A DNA stretch of 64,000 nucleotides. Origin: Candidatus Latescibacterota bacterium (GTDB taxonomy: Bacteria; Latescibacterota; UBA2968; UBA8231). The DNA lies in the NCBI GenBank assembly GCA_965200315.1, contig OZ241362.1:3072001-3136000 (forward strand), in the 5' to 3' direction. Numbering within the stretch: the first letter of the stretch is position 1; the number at the start of each line of letters is the position of its first letter. The notes below the pieces were generated by a model. The model saw nothing but the letters and a program-made list of their open reading frames with translations. It ran no database searches and was not told where the DNA came from. This document shows, one piece after another, positions 1 through 9,992 of this stretch. The translations under genes were made by a program, and so were the position numbers.

Positions 1-2937
1 GGCGATCCCCGCTTCCTGCGCGGGACCGGCTGGCTGGCGCGCTTGGCCGCCACCACGACCGTGCTAACGGGCGCGCTGGTGCTGTGGGGCTGGCACACCA
101 ACGACGAATACCTCAAAAGCTTCATGCACGTCAATTGGGTGACGACGCACCCGCTCGTGGCGATGCAGTTTATCTTGGCTGGCGCGGCGCTGTTGTTGTT
201 ACAGATCGAGCCGCTGACCCATTGGCGGCGGTATGCGGGCGTGGTGCTGGGGTTGACCGTAGTGGTGATCGCCGTGCTCAAGTTAATCGGCTACCAGTAC
301 AACTGGGAGCGGGGCGTCGATACGTACCTCTTTTATTTTAAACTGGGCGTCTCTCGGATGTCGCCCAATGCAGCGTTTTCCTTCTTGCTGATAGGCTTGG
401 CCTTGGTGCTGATGGATGTGCGAATGAGAGGCCACGCCTATCTGTCTCAGAGCTGCGTACTCGCGGCGGCGGTCATCGGCCTTTTGTCGATGAGCAGCTA
501 CTTCCACAACGTGCTGCTACTCTATGGAGTATCCGGGTTCGTCCCGTTCGTTCCCGACACGGCGACCGAATTCCTCATCCTCTGCTTTGGCCTGCTGTGC
601 GCTCGTCCGCACCGCGAGCCAGTCGCGACCATCATCAGCACTACGGAGGGCGGTTCCGTGGCGCGCCGCCTCTTGCCGGCCGCCTTTGTCATTCCCCTCC
701 TACTCGACTGGATGCGCATCGAGGTCGAGAGCCTCTATGGCTACGAGTTTGGCTTCTCACTTTTTACGCTGCTCAACATTTTGGCCTTTGCCCTGCTCAT
801 TTGGTGGAATGCCGCGTCGCTTTCGCGGGTTGATGCAGAAAGGCGGCGCTCGGAAGAGCAGCTACAAAAGCAATACCGCCTGACCGCGGAGAAAGCGCAG
901 TCCGAGCACGAGGCCCTGTTGGCCCTTGAAGAGTCGCAGGAGGCCCTGCGCCACGCCAAAGAGCAAGCCGAGGCGGCCAACCAAGCCAAGAGTGCGTTTT
1001 TGGCCAATATGAGCCACGAGATCCGCACCCCAATGAACGGCATCATCGGCATGACCGAGCTGTTGGGGCGCACTCGGCTCGAAGCGCAGCAGCGTAGCTA
1101 CTTGACCTTGGTGCAGCAGTCGGCGGAATCGCTGCTGTCTCTGCTCAACGACATCCTCGATTTCTCCAAAGTCGAAGCAGGCCGCTTGGCACTGGAGGAG
1201 ATCGAGTTCGACCTACGCGACGAGGTGGGCAATGCCGTGCAGACGCTAGCCATGCACGCGGCGAGCAAAAACATAGAGCTTGTGTATCACATTCCCGCGG
1301 ACGTGCCCGATCGCTTAATCGGCGACCCGCGTCGCTTGCGCCAAGTGGTGATCAACTTGGTGGGCAATGCCGTCAAGTTTACCGAGGACGGCGAGGTAGA
1401 AGTTGGCATCGCCGTGGAAGAGGCGTTGCCGGACGCGGTGTGCCTGCGCTTGCGGGTGCGCGACACTGGGATCGGCATCGCGCCGGAGAAACAGGCGCGG
1501 ATATTCGACTCTTTCAGCCAAGTCGATAGCTCGACCTCGCGGCGCTTTGGCGGTAGCGGCTTGGGCTTGGCCATCTCTCAGCAGCTAGTCGAGCTGATGG
1601 GGGGACGCATCTGGGTTGAGAGCGCGGAGGGCCAAGGCAGCACCTTTTACTGCACGGTCCGCTTAGGGCGGGGGACGTCGGAGTCCAAGCGCACCGATCT
1701 GGTCTCGCTGCGGGGGCTAAAGGTCTTAGTTGTCGACGACCATGCGACCAATCGGCGGATCCTTGAAGAGATCCTGAAAAGCTGGGCGATGGAGGTCGAA
1801 CTCGTGGAGAGCGGCTCGGCTGCCATCGCAGCTTTGGAAGCAGCGACGCAGCTCTTCGACTTGGTGCTGATGGATCTGATGATGCCGGAGATGGACGGCC
1901 TAGAAACGGTAGCGATAATCCGCGAGAACGCGGCGTTTGCCCAAGTGCCGGTGCTGCTGCTTTCCTCGGCGGACCGAGCCGGATACAGTGCGCAGTCGAG
2001 AGCCTTGGGCATTGCCCGCAGCCTGATAAAGCCGATCAAGCAGTCCGACCTGCTAGAGGCCATTGGCGCGGCTCTTGAAGCCGCCCCGCCGGTGGAGACG
2101 CATGGTCACGCCTCAAGGCGAGGAGAAGCACCTAGGGACGAGCCGGCGGCGGTCGAGAGCTGGGGCCGGACAGCTCGTCGCGTTCTCTTGGCCGAGGATG
2201 GGTTGATTAACCAGCAGGTAGCCGTGCGGCTACTGGAAGAGCGCGGCCATTCGGTAGTGGTCGTGAACAATGGCCGTGCGGCCGTAGAGCAGGTGGCCGC
2301 GCAGGATTCGGCGCGGCCAGCCGAGCCGCCCTTTGACGTGGTGCTGATGGACGTGCAGATGCCGGAGATGGACGGCTTAGAGGCCACGGCCGCCATTCGC
2401 CGCGCAGAGAAGCTGACCGGCGGGCATGTCCCAATCGTCGCCATGACGGCCCACGCCATGAAAGGCGACCGCGACCGCTTCTTGGCGGCGGGCATGGACG
2501 ATTATGTGGCCAAGCCCGTGCGCCCTCACGAGCTGTACGCGGCTGTGGAGGGTTGCGGCCCCAATGCTGAGGCCGGACAGCTCGCGCCGGCCGATTTGCC
2601 TTTTGAATGGGATGCTGCGCTCGAGCGCGTTGGCGGCGACGAGGACTTGTTGCGCGAACTGGCGGAGATGTTTTTTGCCGAGTGTCCCAAGCTGATGCAG
2701 CAGATCCGCGAGCACCTCGCCGGCGCGGATGGCCCCGAATTGCGGCGGGCCGCGCATACGCTCAAGGGGTCGGCGGGGGTTTTCGGGGCTGAGGCCGCGG
2801 CCAAGGCGGCGCATCGGTTGGAGGAAATCGGACGCGAGGCAGCGTTTGCCGACTCTGAAGAGGCGCTGGCGTTGCTGGAGGGTGAAGTGGCGCGGCTGTT
2901 GCCGGCTTTGCGGGAGCGAGTTGCGGCCAGCGCGTAA
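1..2937 (+). CDS. Membrane-bound hybrid sensor histidine kinase (HisKA, HATPase, 2 REC, HPt); 5' end probably outside the window
   Basis: H-box [16 protein letters not shown]-box [12 protein letters not shown]-boxes DTGIGI and GGSGLGL, two receiver domains ([24 protein letters not shown]), HPt AAHTLKGSA; frame is open back to base 1. Confidence 0.93.
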   Translation, partial: GDPRFLRGTGWLARLAATTTVLTGALVLWGWHTNDEYLKSFMHVNWVTTHPLVAMQFILAGAALLLLQIEPLTHWRRYAGVVLGLTVVVIAVLKLIGYQYNWERGVDTYLFYFKLGVSRMSPNAAFSFLLIGLALVLMDVRMRGHAYLSQSCVLAAAVIGLLSMSSYFHNVLLLYGVSGFVPFVPDTATEFLILCFGLLCARPHREPVATIISTTEGGSVARRLLPAAFVIPLLLDWMRIEVESLYGYEFGFSLFTLLNILAFALLIWWNAASLSRVDAERRRSEEQLQKQYRLTAEKAQSEHEALLALEESQEALRHAKEQAEAANQAKSAFLANMSHEIRTPMNGIIGMTELLGRTRLEAQQRSYLTLVQQSAESLLSLLNDILDFSKVEAGRLALEEIEFDLRDEVGNAVQTLAMHAASKNIELVYHIPADVPDRLIGDPRRLRQVVINLVGNAVKFTEDGEVEVGIAVEEALPDAVCLRLRVRDTGIGIAPEKQARIFDSFSQVDSSTSRRFGGSGLGLAISQQLVELMGGRIWVESAEGQGSTFYCTVRLGRGTSESKRTDLVSLRGLKVLVVDDHATNRRILEEILKSWAMEVELVESGSAAIAALEAATQLFDLVLMDLMMPEMDGLETVAIIRENAAFAQVPVLLLSSADRAGYSAQSRALGIARSLIKPIKQSDLLEAIGAALEAAPPVETHGHASRRGEAPRDEPAAVESWGRTARRVLLAEDGLINQQVAVRLLEERGHSVVVVNNGRAAVEQVAAQDSARPAEPPFDVVLMDVQMPEMDGLEATAAIRRAEKLTGGHVPIVAMTAHAMKGDRDRFLAAGMDDYVAKPVRPHELYAAVEGCGPNAEAGQLAPADLPFEWDAALERVGGDEDLLRELAEMFFAECPKLMQQIREHLAGADGPELRRAAHTLKGSAGVFGAEAAAKAAHRLEEIGREAAFADSEEALALLEGEVARLLPALRERVAASA

Positions 2938-2961
2938 CGCCGAAGGAGAAGCAGGTACTCA

Positions 2962-3273
2962 ATGGAACGAATTTACACCGCTCAGGACTTGGCCATGCTC
3001 AGTCACCTCAAAAACTCGTTGGCCGCGCAGGGCATTGAATGCGTTTTGCGCGGTCAGCACCTGCTCGGTGGAGTGGGCGAATTGCCCCCGATTGAGTGCT
3101 GGCCGGAGTTGTGGGTTTTGGACGACAGACAGGTCGCGGTCGCGAAGTCGCATATCGACACTCTGTTTGCAACGGCTGCGGAAGACAGAGTGCCGTGGAC
3201 CTGCGCGGGCTGCGGCGAGGAGTGCCCGGGGGCGTTTACGGACTGTTGGAGCTGCGGGGCGGCTAGGGCCTAA
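2962..3273 (+). CDS. DUF2007-like protein with C-terminal RanBP2-type zinc finger
   Basis: GELPPIECWPELWV; WTCAGCGEECPGAFTDCWSCG; upstream GAAGGAG RBS. Confidence 0.75.
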   Translation: MERIYTAQDLAMLSHLKNSLAAQGIECVLRGQHLLGGVGELPPIECWPELWVLDDRQVAVAKSHIDTLFATAAEDRVPWTCAGCGEECPGAFTDCWSCGAARA

Positions 3274-3292
3274 GAGAGCGGAACTTCCTAAA

Positions 3293-3459
3293 TATAGCAA
3301 TCCTACATGACTTGCGGGGCTTGAAGGATTGCACACGCATCAACCCAGTTCAAAGCGTCTGGGATCGCGGGCGTCTCGCCCTCGAAAAACGCTGGCCCCC
3401 TAGCCTACGCGGCGAGACGCCCGCGCTCCCCATCTTAGGAATGATTTAGGACTGCTATA
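3293..3459. mobile_element. MITE-like element with imperfect terminal inverted repeats and an internal REP-like doublet
   Basis: Left end TATAGCAATCCTACATGA versus reverse complement of right end TATAGCAGTCCTAAATCA (15/18); internal 20-bp inverted pair 3361-3380 / 3411-3430 (19/20). Confidence 0.65.
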
Positions 3460-3561
3460 TACACTCCACCGATGCCCTGCTGGCTGGGGGTGCTCTTTTG
3501 TCTCACTAGGTATTTGGACTTATTGACCCATACCGACCGTGCGGTCGGTGGAAGGATACGT

Positions 3562-4371
3562 ATGTCGCGCTTTTTGCTCGCGCTCGCTTTCGTCTTTTTG
3601 CTCGCCGCTCCCGTCCGCGCACAAGCGTCGCCAATGCTGGCGACGGGAAGCTCCGCCGATAGCCTGCTCGTCAGCGGCAAACAGATGCTGCGAGCCGGTG
3701 CCCTCGACGCGATGTACGCGGCTAAGGCCACGTTCGAGCGCACCTTGGCCGACACGACTTTATCCGCGTGGGGCCATTACTACATCGCTTTGGCCGATTA
3801 TCGCATCGCCGATTACCTGTTGGCCGCGGGCGAGGAAAACAAAGGCGCGGCTTCTGAACACCTTAAAGCCGCTGTCGAGTGTTTGCAAAAGGCTACCGAA
3901 ATTGACCCGCAAGCGGCTGAAGCGTATGCCCTGCTGTCGAGCGCGTACGGACGACAAATAGGCCTCAATCCGATCAAGGGCATGGTCTTGGGGCGCAGAG
4001 CAGAGAAAGCTCTTAAAAGAGCAGTGCAGCTCGCCCCCGACAATCCGCGCGTCGTGCTAGTCGCGGCCATCCGCGACTTCAATACCCCGGAAATGTTTGG
4101 TGGCAGCAAGGAAAAGGGCCTGCAAGGATTCCAGCGCGCCGCCGAACTCTTCGCCCAAGAAGGACCAATCGCTCCCATTCATCCCGCATGGGGACACAGC
4201 CGTACCTACGCGTGGCTCGGCCTCGTGTACCAAGAGCGCGGCGAGCTAGCGCAGGCACAAGTAGCCTTTGCCAAGGCGCTTGCCATCAATCCAGATTTTA
4301 GTTGGGTCAAAAACGTGCTGCTACCCGAATTGGAAAAGGCCGTTGCGAAGCATGAACAAAACAGAAAATAG
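3562..4371 (+). CDS. Secreted tetratricopeptide-repeat protein
   Basis: Signal peptide MSRFLLALAFVFLLAAPVRA; TPR-like AVQLAPDNPRV and ALAINPDF; PEMFGGSKEKG motif. Confidence 0.8.
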   Translation: MSRFLLALAFVFLLAAPVRAQASPMLATGSSADSLLVSGKQMLRAGALDAMYAAKATFERTLADTTLSAWGHYYIALADYRIADYLLAAGEENKGAASEHLKAAVECLQKATEIDPQAAEAYALLSSAYGRQIGLNPIKGMVLGRRAEKALKRAVQLAPDNPRVVLVAAIRDFNTPEMFGGSKEKGLQGFQRAAELFAQEGPIAPIHPAWGHSRTYAWLGLVYQERGELAQAQVAFAKALAINPDFSWVKNVLLPELEKAVAKHEQNRK

Positions 4372-5752
4372 TGCCCCCAACATCGTCCTAATCGTCACTG
4401 ACCAGCAGCGCTGGGACACGCTCGGCTGCTTGGGCTACGATCACGTCATCACTCCGCACATTGACCGGCTAGCCGCTCGCGGCGTGGCATTTAGTCGCGC
4501 CTTTGTGCAAGGAGCGGTCTGCGGCCCGTCGCGCAACAGTATCGTCTCGGGCCAGTACGTCCACACCCACGGCATTGACCGCAACGAAGCGTGGCTGACG
4601 CCCGACCAGCCCAATTGGATCGAGCAGCTTAGAGACGGCGGCTACCACACGGTCAACATCGGCAAGATGCACACTGCGCCCATTCGCCTGCCGTGCGGCT
4701 TCCGCCACCGCACGGTCGTCGAAAACAAAAACTATCGGCAGGGGCACCACGGCCCTGATCCAGACGACTACGACTTGTACCTGATGCAGTTCGGGCTTCG
4801 GCGACCGGCGCTGACCTACTACCAAGACGTGCCCAATTGGCCGGATTACTTGGGAGCAGCCGTGTGGCCGCACGTCGAAGAGTTGTTTATCGACAACTGC
4901 GTTGGGCGTTGGAGCGTGGAGGCCATTCGCAACCACGACTTTGCCAAGCCGCTCTTCCTGTGGAGCGGCTTCGCCGGTCCGCACGACCCCTTTGACGCGC
5001 CTGCGTCCGCGCTGGCTCGCTACGAGGGAGTAGAAATTCCCGACCCCGTGGGGCTCCCCAACGAACTGGACACCAAGCCGCCGCCACAGCGCCGCGCCAT
5101 GGAGGGCATGGACGGCAAACACACGCCCGCGGCGATATGGTGGAGCCGAGCGACCCCGGAGCGCATTCGCCGCATGCGCCGGCACTACTACGCCAACATC
5201 ACGGCCATTGACGATTGGGTCGGCGCGCTGGTCGCGGCCATGGACGAGCGAGGCGCGCTGGACAACACGGTTTTTGTGTTTACCTCAGATCACGGCGACT
5301 GCCTCGGCGACCACCACCAAGTCTATAAGTTCTCGTCCCACTACGACTCGGTGGCGCGGGTGCCGCTAATTTTTGCCGGTCCCGGAGTTGAGCGATTGGG
5401 GGTGAGCGATCCGCTGGTCGAGCTGATTGACCTAGGGCCGACCCTGTTGGAACTAGCGGGATTGGGGCCGTTGGCCGGGGCGGAGGGGCTTTCTTTGGGG
5501 TCGCTGTTGCGCGGAGAAGAGACCGTACTGCACGAGACCGTGTTTTCCGAATACGGCCCGCGCATCATGGCGCGAACCGAGGCGTGGAAATTGGTTTTTT
5601 ATCCCGGAGAATCCTACGGGGAGTTGTATCATTTAACAGAGGATCCAGACGAACTGTACAATCTATACGACGATCCGACTCATGTGGGAGCGCGGGGAGC
5701 GATGGTGGAGCGGATGATGGATTGGTACGGAAAGACGCGGATGCAGCGGTGA
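4352..5752 (+). CDS. Sulfatase (formylglycine-dependent family)
   Basis: PNIVLIVTDQQRWD, CGPSR (CxPxR), GKMH, FTSDHG, ELYHLTEDPDELYNL. Confidence 0.92.
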   Translation: MNKTENSAPNIVLIVTDQQRWDTLGCLGYDHVITPHIDRLAARGVAFSRAFVQGAVCGPSRNSIVSGQYVHTHGIDRNEAWLTPDQPNWIEQLRDGGYHTVNIGKMHTAPIRLPCGFRHRTVVENKNYRQGHHGPDPDDYDLYLMQFGLRRPALTYYQDVPNWPDYLGAAVWPHVEELFIDNCVGRWSVEAIRNHDFAKPLFLWSGFAGPHDPFDAPASALARYEGVEIPDPVGLPNELDTKPPPQRRAMEGMDGKHTPAAIWWSRATPERIRRMRRHYYANITAIDDWVGALVAAMDERGALDNTVFVFTSDHGDCLGDHHQVYKFSSHYDSVARVPLIFAGPGVERLGVSDPLVELIDLGPTLLELAGLGPLAGAEGLSLGSLLRGEETVLHETVFSEYGPRIMARTEAWKLVFYPGESYGELYHLTEDPDELYNLYDDPTHVGARGAMVERMMDWYGKTRMQR

Positions 5753-5823
5753 GGAAGCACTCGGAGCGTTGTGCAATTACCTGGATGGGCGCGTATATTA
5801 TATAATTATGAACGACTTGCGAA

Positions 5824-6139
5824 ATGATTGACCTCGATCGAGTCGTCGGTTTTCAATGGGATATAGGTAACTCCCGCAAGAGTACTGACGGACACGGGAT
5901 TAGTCAGGCTGAAGCAGAGCAAGTGTTTGCCAATGGACCGCTCCTGCTGGTCGAGGATGTAGCCCACAGTCAATTGGAGCCGCGGTTTCACGCCTTGGGT
6001 GTAACCTTCGACCAAGGCGATTTCCCTGAGACTGCCGGTCGATTTGCTAGAGAGGATCAAGTTCGCGGCCAATAAGCGGGATGTCCCCTACCAGCCGCTG
6101 ATCAAGGTCTGGCTGGCCGAGAAGATAGACGCCGATTAG
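5824..6139 (+). pseudogene. BrnT toxin N-terminus fused out of frame to BrnA antitoxin C-terminus
   Basis: GFQWDIGNSRKS..HGISQAEAEQVF (BrnT) up to about 6003, then PSTKAISLRLPVDLLERIKFAANKRDVPYQPLIKVWLAEKIDAD* in another frame. Confidence 0.8.
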
Positions 6140-6213
6140 GGAAAGGACGCGATGGCGAGGTGAAAGACAGACGCTCAGAGAAAAACAATTCGCGCTAGCG
6201 AAAGGAGTACACT

Positions 6214-6582
6214 GTGAACATACACGTAGGTAATTTGGCGAAGACGGCTAAAAAGGACGCACTGATCCAGCTCTTTCAACCGTACGGAAAGGTCGTGGCG
6301 GCCACCATCGCCCGAAACAAGAAGAGCGGCGACTCGCGCGGCTTTGGCTACGTGGAGATGGCTACTCGGCACGAGGGCGAAGAGGCCATTGCCCATCTCA
6401 ACGACAAGGAATTTGAGGGGCAGAAGCTGCATCTGAGCGAGGCGCACGAACGCAAGGATAAGGCCGGGCGCGGGTCGGGCAAGGGGGGCGACCGCTTTGA
6501 CCAGCGCAGCAGTTTTCTTTCGCCCCGAGGCGGCCAGCACGGGGCGGGCAATATGCGGCGGAGTGGACGGCGGGGTTCCTAG
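6214..6582 (+). CDS. RRM (RNP-1) RNA-binding protein with Gly/Arg-rich tail
   Basis: RNP2 IHVGNL, RNP1 RGFGYVEM; AAAGGAG RBS before GTG. Confidence 0.9.
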   Translation: MNIHVGNLAKTAKKDALIQLFQPYGKVVAATIARNKKSGDSRGFGYVEMATRHEGEEAIAHLNDKEFEGQKLHLSEAHERKDKAGRGSGKGGDRFDQRSSFLSPRGGQHGAGNMRRSGRRGS

Positions 6583-6830
6583 TCTGGGCGATCATAAAGC
6601 AGCAACCGTGCGAGGATGGGGTCGTGGTCGCTGGCTTGGTTGGGGAATTCGGTGTTGACGTGGACATGGTCGAACTCGGGCCGGAGCGCGAACAGGGCCG
6701 AGCTGACCAGTAGGTAATCGAGTTGCAAGGCCAACACATCGGGGGCGCGTAGGTGATGGACGATTTGGTCGGCAATGGCCACGAATTGACCGTCCGCTAA
6801 GTCCGCACTTTTGTCGCGGTCATTGGGATC
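6579..6830 (-). pseudogene. C-terminal fragment of an endonuclease/exonuclease/phosphatase (ExeM/NucH-like)
   Basis: LDYLLVS...HVNTEFPNQASDHDPILARL (SDHxP motif); 5' part missing and replaced by a repeat element at 6833. Confidence 0.65.
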
Positions 6831-6832
6831 GA

Positions 6833-7025
6833 TATAGCAATCCTACCTCACTTGTTTGCTATAGCGGCCCTCAGCAGCCCTCTTGACGCGCCCGGCGGGC
6901 GGCTGGGCGCGTCGGTCGCGCGGCGTTTTTCGAGGGCAGGATGCCCTCGATCCCGGGGGGCGCCGCGTGAAAGACCGAACCGTGTGCGAGGCTTCGCGCC
7001 GCGCCCGTCGTGTCGGTTTGCTATT
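6833..7025. repeat. MITE end(s) plus REP-like palindrome
   Basis: TATAGCAATCCTACCTCACTTG at 6833 nearly identical to 3293; reverse complement of 6923-6954 (GGGATCGAGGGCATCCTGCCCTCGAAAAACGC) matches 3361-3392. Confidence 0.6.
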
Positions 7026-7266
7026 GCAACAAAAGTTACACTCTGGGCATTTTAATTTGCCATGTTCACATCGCTTTGCTTTACCTAAAACTAAGGGGTT
7101 CTTACCACAAGCAGAGTCATCTTGTAACCGCCCACCACAATAGGCGATTAGTGTTGTCCATAAGCTCTTATTGAAATTAGACTTACCCCGTAAAATACTA
7201 AAACCTTCTAGCCTAAACGTACAGAATTTACGAATCAATGATTTTCAGCAGTGCGTCGCGTCTTAT

Positions 7267-7860
7267 TTAACTCATCTCAGACAATAGCGCGAGCAGTTCG
7301 TCGTGGCTTTGGACGCGGAAATCGGCTTCGGCCGTCCAGAGGTCTTGGCTCTCGGCGTCGTAGTAGATGGTGGTGACCGCGGCGCGGCGGCCAGCTTCGA
7401 GGTCGTAGCGGAAGTCGCCGACCATCACGGTGGTTGCTGGCGCAGCATCCCAAGCGGCGATCAACTTGTGGATGCCATCGGGATCGGGCTTGGGGGCGGC
7501 TTCGTCGCGGCCTAAGACGTGGGCGGGATCGAAGAATTCGGCGAGACCGCAGACGGCGAGCGTCTGCAACGCATTGGCGTGGTTGTTGCGGGTGAGGATG
7601 CCGAGCCGGAAACCGCGTTTGACCAGTGAGTTCAGCAGCGCGTAGGCGCCGGGCAAGGGCTGGGCGCGAAGCGCGTACTCGCGTTCGAGCGCAGCAAGGC
7701 GCTGTCTGAGCGCGGCCGCTTCGGCAGCGGGGCGGGTGTCAATCTCTTCGAGCATACCCTTCCCCAAAGGCAGACCCAATTCCTCGCGAATAGCATTGAA
7801 ATCAATGGCGCTATCGGCCAGAGTGTTATCGAGATCGAAAATCCAGTGGGTGAAGTTCAT
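7267..7860 (-). CDS. HAD-superfamily hydrolase
   Basis: IFDLDNTLAD, KPDPDG, MVGDFRYDLEAG. Confidence 0.9.
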   Translation of the reverse strand: MNFTHWIFDLDNTLADSAIDFNAIREELGLPLGKGMLEEIDTRPAAEAAALRQRLAALEREYALRAQPLPGAYALLNSLVKRGFRLGILTRNNHANALQTLAVCGLAEFFDPAHVLGRDEAAPKPDPDGIHKLIAAWDAAPATTVMVGDFRYDLEAGRRAAVTTIYYDAESQDLWTAEADFRVQSHDELLALLSEMS

Positions 7861-7899
7861 ACTATGTCGCCGATGTTGCGCCCGGGCCTCTTGGGTATG

Positions 7900-7931
7900 A
7901 GATGCTTCGACTCCGCTGCGCTCAGCATGAC
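7900..7931. repeat. REP-like repeat, class CTTCGACTCCGCT..GCTCAG.ATGAC
   Basis: Near-identical copy at 37179-37216 and a degenerate copy near 35958-36025. Confidence 0.6.
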
Positions 7932-7943
7932 GGTTTGAGCAGA

Positions 7944-8951
7944 TTAAGCAACCCCCAGAACTTCTCGTGCGGCTTGCGTAGTCTCGCGGACTTGGCCTAG
8001 GGTGCCCATCCCAAACATCGAGGCCGAGACGTCTACCTCTTTGAAGACATATTCAAATGCCTTGGGGCCAAGGTAGCGACCGCCGGCCAGTGGCTTGATG
8101 GCGATGACGGGTTTACTGGCGTTTTTGATCGCGTCAATGGCCATATCGCGGGTGGGAAACATGAAGGTGCCCGGGGCATTGACGGTGGTCAGGTAGCCAT
8201 CGACGGGAATATTTTCGGCTTCGAGGAGCGGTAGGGTGACACCCGCGTGGTGGACGCTGGTGATAACGGTGTCGAAGCGCTGGCGCAGAAAGCCCAAGTA
8301 CTCGCGGATCAGGTCAAAGCGGCCGGTCATCGCCAGCAGGTCGATTTCGGCCCCAGGGTCGGCGATGAGGATATCGCAGCCGGCGAAAAAGCCCAAGTAT
8401 TGTTCGAGGATGCCGTAGTCGATCTCAAAGCGGGCAGCATCTTCTGCTGTGTACGGTGGCACGGTCTCCGGAGTGACGATGCCGTCGAAGGTGTCGCCTA
8501 GGTTGTAGCGGATGATGTCGTCGCGGTGGAAGTGCTCGCGGAAGGCCGCGCCGCCGAGAGCTTCGTTGCAGGCGTAGAAGGTCGAGTGAGCGCGCTCGGA
8601 GTAGGAGACGATTTCGCCGTCCAAGGTCACCGGGATCAGGATGTAGGCCACCATGCCGATTTGGGTGTCGGTCTGTTGCTCGGTTTCCCAGATTGCTTGC
8701 AGGTGCAGGCGGTCGAGTTCGGGCAGCATGTGGTCCACTTGGACGGCGGTGATGCCGCCTTCTTCGACTGCGCAACGCAGCACGTCAGCGACGGATTGGA
8801 CGCGACTAAAAGCGCGAAAATTTTCAGCGTCGCGCTCCTTATTTTGGTAGGAACAGCCATCGTAGGGATGGATACCCATAATCAGGCGGGGAATCTCGGC
8901 TTGGCCAATCTGCGTCGTCGGGACGCCACAACCTTCGAGATAGGTTCTCAT
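7944..8951 (-). CDS. Uncharacterised aldo/keto-reductase-like (TIM barrel) protein
   Basis: IPRLIMGIHP N-terminus and KPVIAIKPLAGG C-terminal motif. Confidence 0.55.
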   Translation of the reverse strand: MRTYLEGCGVPTTQIGQAEIPRLIMGIHPYDGCSYQNKERDAENFRAFSRVQSVADVLRCAVEEGGITAVQVDHMLPELDRLHLQAIWETEQQTDTQIGMVAYILIPVTLDGEIVSYSERAHSTFYACNEALGGAAFREHFHRDDIIRYNLGDTFDGIVTPETVPPYTAEDAARFEIDYGILEQYLGFFAGCDILIADPGAEIDLLAMTGRFDLIREYLGFLRQRFDTVITSVHHAGVTLPLLEAENIPVDGYLTTVNAPGTFMFPTRDMAIDAIKNASKPVIAIKPLAGGRYLGPKAFEYVFKEVDVSASMFGMGTLGQVRETTQAAREVLGVA

Positions 8952-8968
8952 CGCGTTGTTCCTATTGG

Positions 8969-9943
8969 TTAGACGTGGCGCTCGGCAAAAGGGGTCCAGC
9001 CGCGGCCGGGCTTGTGGACGGGGGTCTGTTCGTAGCGGGTGCGGATTTTCTTGAATTCGGCGATGTCGGTGACTTCGCGCGCTGGGTTTTGCGCGTCTTT
9101 GATGACAAAGTCCCCCTCCGTAGGCAAGCAGGCCATGGTGACAGGGTCGCGTTCTGGGTCGAAGTCTTTGGGGTCTTCGTCAATGTTGTTCGGAACTTTG
9201 GCATCTTGATAGCGGAGATCGACGCTCCAGCGGACGATGTCGGTGTTGTTCTCAAAAGAGGCGTGCGGGGTGAGATTGGTCATAAAGAGCACCGAACCAG
9301 CGCGCATTGGGCAGGCCACCGGCTCGGGGGCTGGCAGGTCTTCGCGGGCGATTTCGAGATACCCGCCTCGCCCGCCGGTGTAGTGGCGATAGACGCCGCT
9401 GCGGTGCGATTGGGGGAGGACGTACAGGCAGCCGTTTTCAATGGTGGCATCGACGAGGGGAATCCAGCAGGTCACGATCAGACTCCCGTCGCAGTGAGGC
9501 ATGAAGTAGCCCGAGTCTTGGTGCCAAGGCACGGCACCACGCGAGTAGCCGGGGGCCTTGGGGCGGATGCGGTACACGGACGAGCCAATGATGTCGGGTC
9601 CGACGAGGCTTTCGATGCAGGAGACGAGCGGCGGGTGGCGCAAAAAGCTGAGAATGGCCTGTTCTTTGAAGCCGCCGCCGCCGTGCCCCATGATCGCTCG
9701 GGTCACGCGCTCGCCGACTTCGACATTGGCTTTGAAAAGGGCACCGAGCCGGGTTTCAAAGGGTTCGGCGGCAAAGGTTTCCGCGCCGAGTAGCCCTTCT
9801 TCTTGCAGAGTGGCACACGTCTGGTCAATGACGGCGGTGAGGCCGTCTTTGAGGAGTTGGAGATCGGCTTGGGAGTAGATGTCTTCTTTGACTACGTAGC
9901 CGAGGTCGTGGAATTGCTGGCGTTCGGCAGTGTTTAGGCCCAT
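8969..9943 (-). CDS. Phytanoyl-CoA dioxygenase family (PhyH) Fe(II)/2OG enzyme
   Basis: PWHQDSGY, CWIPLVDATIENGCL, TPHAS, RWSVDLRY. Confidence 0.9.
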   Translation of the reverse strand: MGLNTAERQQFHDLGYVVKEDIYSQADLQLLKDGLTAVIDQTCATLQEEGLLGAETFAAEPFETRLGALFKANVEVGERVTRAIMGHGGGGFKEQAILSFLRHPPLVSCIESLVGPDIIGSSVYRIRPKAPGYSRGAVPWHQDSGYFMPHCDGSLIVTCWIPLVDATIENGCLYVLPQSHRSGVYRHYTGGRGGYLEIAREDLPAPEPVACPMRAGSVLFMTNLTPHASFENNTDIVRWSVDLRYQDAKVPNNIDEDPKDFDPERDPVTMACLPTEGDFVIKDAQNPAREVTDIAEFKKIRTRYEQTPVHKPGRGWTPFAERHV

Positions 9944-9992
9944 GAAGTGCTCCGGGTAAAAGGGTCATCAAAGGGTATTTCCTCTGTCCGCG

